Assembly: GCA_038087875.1 (NCBI GenBank)
Contig: CM075994.1
Span: 3,040,001 to 3,104,000 of the forward strand
Direction: 5' to 3'
From: Malacoraja senta
Taxonomy: Eukaryota
Length of the DNA: 64,000 nt
Below are positions 50,096 through 63,397 of the stretch, in pieces; position 1 is the stretch's first letter; every line of letters starts with the position of its first letter. The position numbers and the translations under genes are program-made. The notes under the pieces are model-generated. The model saw only the letters and a list, made by a program, of their open reading frames with translations, had not been told where the DNA came from and ran no database searches.

Positions 50096-51582
50096 TCAAT
50101 CATATATATTAACGACAAACAAATGATTTAAAGTTCTTGGACTTTTCTAGGCACATCGTAACATATCGCACTGTTCAATGAAGTTAGTCCCATTCCTGAA
50201 CCGAATCCATGAAAATGGTAAGACGCCATTCACAATGAGAGATACTAAGACTCAAGGGTCGATGCCTTATTGTCACATGTACCGGATATAACGTGGAAAA
50301 TTGAAATTCTTACTTGACGCCGTTTGACTGGCACGTTAGACGAAACTCTAACGACAATAATTAGTCTAAAGAAGGGTCTCGACCCGAAAGGTCACCCATT
50401 CCTTCTCACTAGCCTGTCCCTCTGAGTTACTCCAGCATTCTGTGTCTATCGTAGCAATAATATGAAATACATTAGCAGTTATTACAGGTAAACTAAATCG
50501 TAATAATAGCAAAACGAAGGGACACAAAGCACCCATTGTAGTAGAAAGTCCGTACTTGTTACGTACCCTTGCATTAGCTGAGATAGTGTTGTGCAGGATG
50601 GTTCAAGAAACTGAGTAGAAATGGTTCATTTCTGAGTACAAATTTCTACTCAATTGCCTTGACGTCAATTTTACCAAATATCTGTCGTGGACCGCTCGCT
50701 TTGAAGAGGCCATTATGAAGGCACGCTTCCAGTCCCCTCCGAGAATGAGGAATTCGGCATGTCACAATGACCTTTACAGATGTCTATAAATGCATTATAC
50801 AAAACATACTGTCCGGTTGCATCACTGTTTGGAACCAGGTTTACCCAAGATTCCAATTAATTGCAGGGAATAGATGTAGCCCTTTCCATCACAAAACTCA
50901 ATGCCTCACCGTCGACACCACGATGCATCGAAAATCTAGAGGACTGCTGGCTATAATATTTATAGTTAGTGTGTACATCTAGATATGTAAAACTCAGCAG
51001 ACAAATGCCACATTAACATTTTGAATATCTGGTTCACTGTTGTCCTTCGCGGGTGGAAATATGCCCTCCTATCTAAATTTGCTATGCATACAACCACAGA
51101 ATAGTAAGATTAAACGAGAACTTACCAGTTTGAAGTTTGATCTTTATTTTATGAGGAGTTACGTAGGTGATTACGCGAAGAACACCGTCAGTGCGCCTGC
51201 GCGTCAATCTTCAAAGCAGCGGTGTGAAATCACAAAAACAACAAACGAAGTAATATAGTAGCATAATAAAACGAGTAATTCAAGAACTTCCATCTGACCT
51301 TTATGATAGAGGGTTGGGTCGTGGAGGGCACGTAATCACCTACGTAACCCCTCATAAAATAAAGATAAACTTCAAACTGGTAAGTTCTCGTTTAATCTTA
51401 CTATTTTACTTCCGAGTCACGTTAGTGACTACGTGAAGATTTTAAAGCTTTGTGATTTCATGCCGCAGACAAATCCCGGCTTCTCACTGCATTGATTGAC
51501 TCGGAACATTTGTACCACAAATGCAGTAATATATTTATTTTAATAATGACAATTAATCAGAACCCCTTTAAACCAGAGGAAT

Positions 51583-52564
51583 TTACACAGAACTTAAAAT
51601 AGTTTGTGCAAACAATCCCGCATTGACAATAGGCCGATGGTAAAACTGTTGAAACATCAACTCATTGGACCACCCGGCGGCTGCGAGAATATGGTCGACG
51701 GGGACGTCTTTCGCCCTGGCCGCCGACGTTGCTGCTGCCCTAGACGAGTGAGACGTAAAAACATCAGTGTTAATACCAGCAGCTGTTAAGACTTCTTTCA
51801 ACCATCTTGAAATAGTCTGTACTGAGACTCTTTTGTGTGATTTCTTGTGTGTGATAAACAACCCAGTTTCCGTATTTCTCAAAACCTTTGTGACCTCAAT
51901 GTATTGTAACAAATATGCCTTAATACAGAGACAAGGATCATTTGGATATGCTGCTAGCACAAGGTTAAATCCTGTCACACCTGGCGTACTTTGCTTTAGT
52001 AGGTCATAAATATAGAATTTAACATTATCTTCAGTTACTTCCATCCTGTCTATTTGTAATTTTTGAAATGTCTGCACTCGTTGTGCTGTCACTAATGCCA
52101 TAAGCATGACCACTTTCATACTGAGTTTGGCCAAAGGCAAAGACACACTTGGTGACCATTCACGAAGTAGCTTCAGAACCACACTCACATCCCAGATTGT
52201 CATGTACATCGGCTTAGGAGGTCTGGAATTAAAAAATTCCTTTCATTAGTCTGGAGACAAGTGGGTGAGACCCAATTGGATTTATTTCTGAATCCACAAC
52301 CAAATATGAGGACAATGCACTTCTGGCTGAATTAATTGCACTATAACTCAAGCCTTTATCATAATAAAGTGTTGACAGAAATTCTAATACATTTGAAATA
52401 TCTGCCGTACTGTATTCAACATTCTTTTGTACACAGAACTCTTCCCATTTCTTAATATAAGAAAGGTACTGTTTTTGAGTGCTCTTCCTCCAGGCTGCCG
52501 TAAGCATGTCCACAGTACGCTCAGATAGTCCGCGCCCCAGAAAAGGCCTTCTTAAAACCTGCAA
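51583..52564 (-). pseudogene. DIRS tyrosine recombinase, split by a frameshift
   Basis: N-terminal domain AWRKSTQKQY...YSAINSARSALS; catalytic domain AQRVQT, HSSRAAATS (HxxR) and AAGWS...FQQFYHR. Confidence 0.9.
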
Positions 52565-54400
52565 ATCAACAAATCCAAACGATCATATAATGGATGTTGT
52601 TCCCCTGTCACCGGGTGCAGCAGTAGATTGCTTCTTTTTGGGACTTTCATCAAAGTTTGTGTCGTTAATTCTAATATTAAAGGATACCATGGCTGTGTAG
52701 GCCAATCTGGTACCAACATTACCCCTGAAGCAGCATCGTGCCTGATTTTAAGCAAACATCGGCTTATGAGGCAGAAAGGTGGAAATGCATATAAAAACAT
52801 ACCACCCCAATGTAGCGAGAAAGCATCAACCGCTACTGCTCCTGGATCTGGTTCCCATGACACATATCTCGATAGTTGATGATTTAGTCTAGATGCGAAC
52901 AAGTCGATGTCTGGCATTCCAAATCTGATTATTATGTCATTGAATACCTCTCGATTTAACATCCATTCTTTATTATCATGGAACTTTCTTGATCTGGTGT
53001 CTGCTGTCGTATTCCATCTACCTGGTAGATGAATAGCTGAAATCCAAATATTATTTTCGATACACCAAGACCAAATTTGATTATCCATTTTGTCACATGA
53101 CCGACTTGATTCCACCCATATGATTAATATAGGCAACTGCTGTTGTGTTATCAATTTGAACTTGAACATGCAGATTAGTTGGGTTAGAACAGTAAGCTTG
53201 GAGTCCATAGAAACATCCTAAAAGCTCCAAATAGTTAATTCCCCATGTCTGCAGTAACAATGACTCTTCCTGATTCCATTTGCCTCCGCAGCTGGATGCT
53301 AAGTCAGTTGCACCCCATCCTAGTGCACTGGCATCAGTTTGTAATATCATGGAAGGTTGTTCAATCAGTACTTTGCTGAAAATGCTTGAGACATGTAGAA
53401 TCCACCACTGCAGATCAGAAACAGCATTTGTTGTTAGTTGCATGGTTCTATCAAAATGACCAGCATTCATCCTCAGTGCCTGTTCTTTAATTCTCTGCAG
53501 CTGTTGATAATGTAATGGCCCGTATTGGACTGCTGGGAATGCTGCTACTAATTTTTCCAGTACTCTAGACACCTCTCCGATGGAAGGTTTTTGCTCGTTT
53601 AGCAGATTTCTGCAATCTTCAATCAACTCCACCCTTTTTTCTCTGGGCAAAGTAATTTTCATTTGAACTGAATCAACTGTGAACCATAAATAATCAATTG
53701 AGGTACATGGTATTAACATTGATTTCTTTGGATGAATTAGAAACCCCAGAATTTCAAAAGTGGATTTCACAATTGAAACAGATGATTCTGTTGACTCCTT
53801 TGTCCTTCCTCTAATCAGGACATCATCCAAGTATGCCATTAGTACATGCCCCTGGCTTCTCAGCAACCCCAAAATTGATTTTAACAATTTGGTGAATATT
53901 CTGGGAGCTGAAGTTAACCCATTAGGCAGAGCTTTCAACTGCTATAACTGGTTCATCCAGGTAAATTTAAGATACGTCCTATCTTCCAAATGAACAGACA
54001 ATGAATAATATGCATCTTTTAGATCTATAGTTGCCATATAACATGCTTCTGAAATAAGCTGCTTGGCAGTCACAAACGTCTCCATTTTTAAATGTCTAAA
54101 CTGAACAAAAGGATTCAGACTTGTCAAGTCTAGAATAATCCTACATCCTCCATCTTTTTTTGATCGAGGGAATACATTTGACACAAATTGTTGAGTTTGA
54201 TAAATTCATTTTTCAATAACACCTTTTTTATATAGGTTTTCGAGTGCAGCTTGAACCTCCATTACTTCTTTTTGTGCAAAGTGGAGAATTCTGCTAGGAA
54301 CATGCTGGACAGGCACATCATAATTTGGATTGAATTCATTTCGAAATCCTTGTATACTATTCAGAATTACAGGATCTGAAGTAATCTGCTTCCAATCTTT
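52552..54400 (-). pseudogene. DIRS pol: RT, RNase H and adenine-methyltransferase-like domain (stop near 53942, frameshifts)
   Basis: IDLKDAYY, LPNGLTSAPRIFTK, YLDD, QTDASALGWGA, INYLELL, DNTTAVAYINHMGG, IDLFASRLN, YAFPPF and PDWPTQPWY. Confidence 0.92.
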
Positions 54401-55659
54401 ATAGAAGAGATGTAATCTGCCTCCAACTGTTGGGGTTAATCCCCGTTAGTATATTCCCATGAGAACCAGGTCCACCTACCTCCTGTGCCATTTGAGTGCC
54501 CTGTGGTCCCTGGATTCTCCCGGGAGGACCCACACCGGTTCTTGCTCCCGCTGCAGGTCGCCAGCTACGTCCCTGCGATGATGAGCGACTTGGTCCTGGT
54601 CCAGGATCAGTATGACGTCTGAAAGGATACCTCCTCTTTACAGACTTTCCAACCATCGATGTTTTCATCAATCCGGCTGTTTTCGCTTCATCCTCCAACT
54701 CCTTAATACATCTCCCGAGATCCTCTCCAAAGAGTAAGTTGGGTAATTGAATATTACTTGGTTTGCAGAGTGCTGCGAATTTCGGATTGATAGTAGGCCG
54801 AATAACACCCTTCCTCAGACAATTGATCTCGAAGTGGGCGCTGCATAGCAACCCCAGTGCTTCCTGAAGCAACTCCGTCATCTCCTGGCTTCTATCCGTT
54901 ATTCTGGCAAAAGCATTTATTCCAGAACCCAGCAGCTTTAATATTCTCTGCAATTTTACTTCTTGAGCTCCCATAGTCATGCTCATCTGACTCCAGATCA
55001 CTTGATTCACTGCTGGTGCTTTCAACAACACACATTTACTTGGAGTTTCATGCTTTCTTGAAGTATCATCCATCTCCTGCTGTTCCAGCTGATGGGAAAC
55101 CAAGTAATTTATTAGGTAGGCCACTTCTTCTCCTAATGGCTCTCCTGATCCTGACGGGGCAGCGAATCGTGCTGCCAGAGGTGGAATATCTGGCAGCTGC
55201 AGTTCTTCGCCTTGTTCAGCCTCACCGTCAGAGTCGGGGTCTGAACTCTCATGACCCGGGGCACGCGCCTCACCCCTGAGGGTGCATTCCAACAGCCCTT
55301 TGCTAGGTGCTGCTGAGCTGCTTTCTGCAGCCTGGCTTTTGCTACACTCCTCACTGAGTGTGCTTTTTTCCAAAAGCCTGTGTATGAGGCTTTCCATTTG
55401 TGATATCCGCTCGAAAGCAGTATCCAGCCCTGGAGCTACCTCCATTGCCTGGGACACCTCCTCCGTGGGCCGTCTGGATTTGAACTTCGCCTTGCGCCCG
55501 ACTGGCGCTGACTGCGTTCTTTTCAGCCCCAAGTCCACAGTCGCGATGCTCACCGCTGGCGACTGTACTGGGGTCAGAGGCGGCTGGTCGCCGACCGCAA
55601 TATCGCGACTTTCTACCGGCTGAGTCGCCTCGCCTCCTCCCCTTGCCCGTTTTTTCCAT
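54399..55659 (-). pseudogene. DIRS Gag-like ORF1
   Basis: Long ORF upstream of RT (LKAPAVNQVIW, LLFGEDL). The probable ATG at 55659 is out of frame with the main ORF. Confidence 0.7.
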
Positions 55660-55993
55660 GGCGCCTGTGGAAAAAATCCCCACAGACCCATAGCAAACGG
55701 ACACGGAAATACTTTCAAAAAATGTATACTTACCTTGTAGTTAAAAACTACAATTCCACTAAAGGAGCTCTGCTCCTCGCGTCCATTTGCGCCAATGCGT
55801 GTGACGTAATGACGCGCAGGCGCACTGGCGGGGTTCTTCACGTAGTCACTCACGTGACTCCGAAGTAAAATAGGCACCATATGGTTGGATGTTAATTTAC
55901 CTTCGAAATACAAATTCGTAAAACAACAGGTTTTCAGCACACATTATCTGACTGAAAGTTATTCATCAGCATCATTTAGGAACTCAGTCCTTA

Positions 55994-56460
55994 CAGTCTA
56001 TTCAGAATATATTCAGACCGCCTCAATTTTTCCACATTTTGTTTCGTTACAGCATAATTTCAAAATGGATTATCTATAATTTTAATCATCAATCTACACA
56101 CAATACCACAGGAGGAGGAAGCGAAAACAGGTGTTCAGAAATTGTTCAAAATAATTAAAAAGATGTAACAGAAATATCACATTTACATAAGTATTCAGAC
56201 CCTTTACTCGGTACTATGTTGAGGCACATTTTGCAGCGATCACAGCCTCAAGTCTTTTAGGTAGGGCATACCAGTATTTGGGTAATTTCTCCCATTCTTT
56301 CCTGCAGATCCTCTCAAGCTCTGTCAGGTTGGATCCGGAGCGTCGATGCACAGCTATTTTCATAGATGTTCGATTGGGTTCAAGTTCGGGCTCTGGCTGG
56401 GCCACTCAATGACCATCACAGACTTACCACGAAGCCCCTCCTGCGTTTTCATGGCAGTGT
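55994..56460 (-). mobile_element. Tc1-like DNA transposon fragment (one TIR and the transposase C-terminus)
   Basis: TA|CAGT terminus; repeated tattcagacc motif; [13 protein letters not shown] and NLTELERICRKEWEKLP...RLEAVIAAK. Confidence 0.85.
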
Positions 56461-56569
56461 GCTTCTGAAAACGCGTTTGCTCATTGCTTGAATGCCATGC
56501 AGCAAGAAGATTGAATAGATTTCAATTCGTTCGTCGAGCAGCCAACATAATCTAAGACTTCTCCCGTGC

Positions 56570-56915
56570 CGGTCAATCCTTCTTCCCCACCCTATCCTTT
56601 CTGGCAATATACGCAGGACCTTGACAATGTGCACCTGCAGACTCAGCGACAGGTAATATCCCCCTGCCATCAGGCTTCTGATCGGCAATTCCATAAGCTA
56701 GCGATTGATCTCTAAACAGTTGCGACACTATCTCTAGAATTGTTGCACTACAATGCTGAGAACTGTATTCTGCACATTGCACTTTATCCTTTATTATAGC
56801 TATTGTACACGTGTTTGTGTCGATTGTATTTATGTGTAGTATTATGTGACCTGACTGAGTAGCATGCAAAAAAAACATTTTCATTGCACATCGGTACAGG
56901 TAACAATAATAACCT
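56570..56915 (+). mobile_element. Old Rex1-like LINE 3' fragment
   Basis: ccatcaggcttctg...tgttgcactacaatgctgagaac...gtaacaataataaa. Confidence 0.55.
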
Positions 56916-58847
56916 TGGATATAAACGTAAAGATCAAACATTGATCGATTCGATGGTATTTCAATGGTTCATGAATTACTTCAGCCATCGCTGCTTCTAT
57001 TAACCAAACAACACAATCGAAACTGCCACACCATTTCCACCGTTTTTATTGGTTTGTGCAATAACATATTGCATTGGCCAACCACCTTTCACGTTAACAG
57101 TTGATAATGGCCTTTAATTTCACAAGGATAATGTGTCTGATTATCGTGCTTCGATAACAATATTCAAACCTCTTTCAGTTCATACACCTTGCATAAATAT
57201 TATGTAATCTAATATTTGACTATCCGATACAATTATGTTTACATCGGCAAAAGCAATGTATTACAAATTATTTGTTAATATACTTAGTTATGATTATCTA
57301 TTATAAATATGATTCACGAAACACAGATGACGTTAAATTACACGCTCACATTTGGTATCGTTATGTCAGCAGGTATTTGTTCTTATTCGTAGCAACATTT
57401 TATTGCGCAGGTGCACGTGCATGTGCGTTTCTATGTTTATAGTCGAGGTTACGCTTGGAGCGCTGCAAGATACAGTCTTTATCTTTTCTGTCGATGTTAA
57501 GTTCGAAATGATGCAAGACGATGTTCGTTGTTCGTTGTCTGGATTTAATTATAACATAAAATACGCATTTATACGTGAGCGTGAAAGTGGTGTGGAGAAT
57601 TAACATGGCAGTGTAATTGTAGGCTCTTGAAGCAAATATAGTGGGAAATGGGCACAACTGAATTTAGAAACATCCCGGGTAACAGCCAGAATAACATTAA
57701 GGACTGAAGTCGTGTTACTCTGGTTTATCAGCCAAAAAATGAGTGATGTCATGGATTTACCAATGTTATTTAATTATATACTTTATATTTAATAATCGAT
57801 TCATTTAACTGTTCAGAGCAAAGAAAAAACTGAAAAGAATGTAAACAATGGAGGTCAGAAAAATAGAAAACATGTGGCACATATAAAATGCAGACTGCAT
57901 GAAAAAAACGATATTATATGAATGTGCTTAAATCTAGTTTATAGACACGGCGAAATTAAGGTTTCAGCGTATAGGCATAGATTAATCAAAACATATATAT
58001 TCTTTAAGCTATATGCAACGAGTCGAATAAATCAATCCAATTCAATTGCATGATTAGTATTGTGTCAAAGAACAATATTCCAGCAATTCTGTTTAGCCGA
58101 TTGCTTGCATCTCCGTTGGTTAACTCCGTTGACAGTATAAGGGCATTTCAATTCTTCACAAGGAGGTATATTGTATGCTATAAACTATTTTAAAGGGCTT
58201 TCATTTGTCATCCCATCAATAGAGCTGACTGAAATATTCCAAGGGCCCAGGGTTTTATTGGAAATGTTTATTAAAACTATTGTCTGATATACATCCGGTG
58301 ATATTATCATGGAATCTCTCAAGATGTTGAATTGTTTTGAAATGTTATCCTTTAATAATTTGGACCAACCTAGAGAGAGCAGCCGGGAACCTGCTACAGC
58401 TTCCCGTGTCATGTTACACCGGTATATCAGTATATACACAAACATTCGTACCACAACGTTAAAAGTTTAAATCATTAAGACAAATATGTAGTCAACTAAA
58501 TCAAATCTAAAATAAACTAATTTTAACTCATCTCGTCTTCCACGATGAGGGCGTGCCTAGCAGAGCATAAAACAGCATAAAACAGTACTGAACGACACTA
58601 TTACTATCATATGACATGTTTCGCCACCAGACTGATACGTACGTCGTTCCAAAATGCTTGTCCCAGCGGCGCGCGTTTTCGCTGTTCGCATTGTGAAACT
58701 ACAGCACCATTCAGCTGAACCAAACTAGCAAATTTAGCAAATCGGAACATCGAAGACAGGAACCCAACCCAAAATATGTGCCATTTCCGCAGTTCGCCAA
58801 CAGTGTCAACATTCGAATACTGTAAACACAAAGGTGCCATTATTACA

Positions 58848-61800
58848 TACATACATAGATACATAGAAAATAGGTGCAGGAGTAGGCCATTCGGCCCTTC
58901 GAGCCTGCACCGCCATTCAATATGATCATGGCTGATCATCCAACTCAGTATCCCGTACCTGCCTTCACTCCATACCCCCTGATCCCTTTACCCACAAGGG
59001 CCACATCTAACTCCGCTTAAATATAGCCAATGAACTAGCCTCACTACCCTCTGTGGCAGAGAGTTCCAGAGATTCACCACTCTCTGTGTGAAAACGTTTT
59101 TTCTCATCTTGGTCTTAAAGGATTTCCCCCTTATCCTTAAGCTGTGACCTCTTGTCCTGGACTTCCCCAACATCGGGAACAATCTTCCTGCATCTAGCCT
59201 GTCCAACCCCATAAGAATTTGGTACGTTTCTATAAGATCCCCTCTCAATCTCCTAAATTCTAGCGAGTATAAGCCAAGTCTATCCAGTCTCTTCTTCATA
59301 TGAAAGTCCTGACATCCCAGGAATCAGTCTGGTGAACCTTCTCTGCACTCCCTCTATGGCTATAATGTCCTTCCTCAGTTTTGGAGACCAAAACAGTACG
59401 CAATACTCCAGGTGTGGTCTCACCAAGACCCTGTACAACTGCAGTAGGACCTCCCTGCTCCTATACTCAAATCCTTTTGCTATGAAAGCTAACATACCAT
59501 TCCCTTTCTCACTGCCTGCTGCACCTGCATGCCTACTTTCAATGACTGGTGTACATGACAGCCAGGTCTCGCTGCATCTCCCCTTTTCCTAATCGGCCAC
59601 CATTTAGATAATAGTCAGCTTTCCTGTTTTTGCCACCAAAGTGGATAACCTCACATTTATCCACATTATACTGCATCTGCCAAACATTTGCCCACTCACC
59701 CAGCCTATCCAAGTCACCTTGCAGTCTCGTAGCATCCTCCTCACAGCTAACACTGCCCCCCAGCTTAGTGTCATCCCAAACTTGGGGATGTTGCCTTCAA
59801 TTCCCGCATCCAGTTCATTAATATAAATTGTAAATAGCTGGGCATTGAGCATTGCGGTACCCCACTAGTCACTGCCTGCCATTGTGAAAAGGACCCGTTT
59901 ACTCGTACTCTTTGCTTCCTGTTTGCCAGCCAGTTCTCTATCCACATCAATACTGAACCCCCAATACCGTGTGCTTTAAGTGTGTATACTAATCTCTTAA
60001 TTGGGACCTTGTCGAAAGTCTTCTGAAAGTCCAGATACAAAACATCACTGGTTCTCCCCTATCCACTCTACTAGTTACATCCTCGAAAAATTCTATAAGA
60101 TTCGTCAGACATGATGTACCTTTCGTAAATCCATGCTGACTTTGTCCAATGATTTCACCACTTTCCAAATGTGCTGCTATCCCATCTTTAATAACTGACT
60201 CTAGCAGTTTCCCCACTACCGATGTTAGACTAACTGGTCTGTAATTCCCCGTTTTCTCTCTCCCTCCCTTCTTAAAAAGTGGGGTTACGTTTGCTACTCT
60301 CCAATCTTCAGGAACTACTCCAGAATCTAAAGAGTTTTGACAAATTATCACTAATGCATCCACTATTTCTGGAGCTACTTCCTTAAGTACTCTGGGATGC
60401 AGCCTATCTGGCCCTGGTGATTTATCGGCCTTTAATCCATTCAATTTACCCAACACCACTTCCCAACTAACCTGGATTTCACTCAGTTCCTCCATCTCCT
60501 TTGACACGCGGTCCCCTGCTATTTCCGGCAGATTATTTATGTCGTCCTTAGTGAAGATGGAACCAAAGTAGTTATTCCATTGGTCCGCCATATCCTTGTT
60601 CCCCATGATCAATTCACCCGTTTCTGACTGCAAGGGACCTACATTTGTTTTAACTAATCTCTTTCTCTTCACTTATCTATAAAAACCTTTGCAGTCAGTT
60701 TTTATGTTCCCTGCCAGTTTTCTTTCATAATCTATTTTCCCTTTCCTAATTAAGCCCTTTGTCCTCCTCTGCAGGTATCTGAATTTCTCCCAGTCCTCTA
60801 GTATGCTGCTTTTTCTGGCTAACTTGTACGCATCATCTTTTGCTTTGATACTATCCCTGATTACCCTTGTTATCCACGGATGCACTACTACCTTCCCTGA
60901 TTATTCTTTTGCCAAACTGGATGAACAATTTTGTAGTTCATCCATGCAGTCTTTAAATGCGTTCCATTGCATATCCACCGTCAAACCTTTTAGAACTAAT
61001 TGCCAGTCATTCTTGGCTAATTCACGTCTCATACCCTCAAAGATACCTTTCTTTAAGTTCAGAACCGTTGTTTCTGAATTAACAATGTCACTCTCCATCC
61101 TAATGAAGAACTCAACTATATTATGGTCACTCTTGCCCAAGGGGGCACGCACAACAAGACTGCTAACTAACCCTTCCTCATTACTCAATACCCAGTCCAG
61201 AATAGCCTGATCTCTCGTTGGTTCCTCGACATGTTCGGTTTAGATAACTATCCCGCATACATTCCAAGATATCCTCTTCCTCAGCACCCCTGCCAATTTG
61301 ATTCACCCAATCTATATGTAGATTGAAGTCACCCATTATAACTGTTTTGCCTTTGTTGCACGCATTTCTAATTACCTGTTTGATGCCATCCCCAACTTCA
61401 CTACTACTGCTAGGTGGCCTGTACACAACACCCACCAGCGTTTTCTGCCCCTTAGTGTTTCGCAGCTCTACCCATACCGATTCCCACATCCTCCAAGCTA
61501 ATGTCCTTCCTTTCCACTGCGTTAATCTCCTCTCTAACAGCAACGCTACCCCACCACCTTTTCTTTTCTTCTATCCCTCCTGAATATTGAATATCCCTGG
61601 ATGTTCAGCTCCCAGCCTTGGTCACCCTGGAGCCATGTCTCCGTGATCCCGACTATATCATAATCATTAATAGCTATCTGTACGTTCAACTCATCCACCT
61701 TATTACGAACGCTCCTTGCATTGAGACACAAATCCTTCAGGTTTGTTTTTACAACGCTCTTACCCCTTATACAATTATGTTGTAAAGTGGCCCTTTTGAT

Positions 61801-62030
61801 TTTTGCCCTGGATTTGTCTGCCTGCCACTTTTACTTTTCACCTTGCTACCTATTGCTTCGCCGCATTTTACACCCCTCTGTTTCTCTGCTCACCCATTTA
61901 AGAACCCCACCACCTCTTATTCTCTGTTTATTATTGTTTTCTTCTTTCCTCCCTACATGTTGGGTCTGAGTGCTTTCCTTCTCTGCCTCCCTGCCTCACA
62001 CACTGTCTAATAGCTTTCTCTATTTGAGTA
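58848..62030 (-). mobile_element. CR1 family A, near-complete ORF2 with many frameshifts
   Basis: From MCLNARSVRNK...ITETWL through RT to the 3' UTR and tail; highly similar to 18597-21372. Confidence 0.95.
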
Positions 62031-62589
62031 CAAACTTTAGCAAATAATAACGTGCAAATAATAACGTGCATTTAAACAATGGTTGTTAAAACCCATTTAT
62101 GTAATGAAAAAATCAAAGCATGACTCTTAATCCATACAAAATCACACGCACATACTGGGTTATCATGATAGATCGCAAATGTCCAATAGGAGAGAACATC
62201 GTTAGTCTCTCTTGCCTCTCTGTGCTTCCTGTACCGCTCACTTATGACATTAGACTCGACAAAGTAGTCCGCTCTTGTTCTGCTGTCTGTGCTGTGTGTG
62301 TTTGTCCTCCCCGTGACCGCGTAGGTTTTCTCCGACATCTGCTTACGCTGTACTAAAATGTGATAGAAACCTGACTAAGCCGATCAATAGGAATAACAAA
62401 TGTTCGTGATTTCGTATTTGAATAAACTACCAGCAATTTTGACGCTTACAGAAAATGTCTGGTAATATCTCCGACGTTTGATTTAAGTCAAACACTTCTC
62501 TGGAAACAATAACGACCAATAAACAACATCAGAACAATATTGGTTTATGTTTAGCTTTGAGTTCTATATCTCCGTCCTCGACCAGGTCA

Positions 62590-63397
62590 TTTTTCGTAAT
62601 ACGACAAAAGGATCTCGATACAATGATTGAGTGGTCACAACAATGGGGCATGCAGTTCAACCTTTCCAAATGTGAAACCATGCGTGTCACCAGAAAGAGG
62701 AATCCAGGGGAAACATCTTACAATATACTTGGTGCCACCCTTGAAGAATCCAAACAAACCAAGTATCTTGGTATCAAATTGCAGAATGATCTGCGTTGGA
62801 ATGATCAGACTCATCATGCAACGGTGAAAGCAACAGGTGTCCTAAATTTTCAGAGGCGCAACTTTCATCATTGTTCAACTTCTGTCAAGGAGAAGCAATA
62901 CTTCACCTAATTTGGACTACGCAGTTGCAGCATGGGCCCCATACACAAAGAAAAAAATTATTCCATCGAACGTGTCCAAAGACAGGCAGATCGATTTGTT
63001 ACTAACACCTATGAAAGAGAAGCGAGTGTTACCAAACTTCTGAATTCTCTGGGGTGGAACCCTCTCCAAGACAGTCGTGAAACTCACCGTTTGACCTGTT
63101 TTTACTAAATGTTAAATGGTCAGCTCAACATAGATTACAAGACCTACACCAAATCCAAACCAATTAGGAGCAATCGATCCAATTTGTGATTCCAGCTACC
63201 AAGACAGATGTGTACAGCAATTCGTTCTCCCCCCGCACAATTAAAGCATGGATAATCTCCACCCTACTATAGTTACCCAAACAGATGCAACAAAATTTCT
63301 TCCAAAAACCCATTCTTACTTAAGTCCTCCCTCCATCACCTCCAGTTTAAATTCCATTTTGAATATTTTGGAGGACCAAGAAACCAAGAACCAAGAA
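62590..63397 (+). mobile_element. CR1-superfamily LINE 3' fragment from a distinct clade
   Basis: DLDTMIEWSQQWGMQFNLSKC, KYLGIKLQNDLRW and LNFQRRNF; (AAGAACC)n tail. Confidence 0.8.

Larger units (their letters stand above)
51100..55873 (-). mobile_element. DIRS1-like tyrosine-recombinase retrotransposon, structurally full-length, with disrupted ORFs
   Basis: Inverted terminal repeats near 51150-51206 and 55810-55873; internal complementary region at 51331-51439; Gag-like, RT/RNase H/methyltransferase-like and recombinase ORFs; aatag at both ends. Confidence 0.95.

Noticed and set aside
49791..50112. ORFs with CLSV / RQTD repeats
   Set aside because: Translations of the (TGTC)n microsatellite.
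58185..58454. Minus-strand ORF with a good acceptor (GWSKLLKDNISK...)
   Set aside because: No recognisable domain, an in-frame stop and no partner exons.
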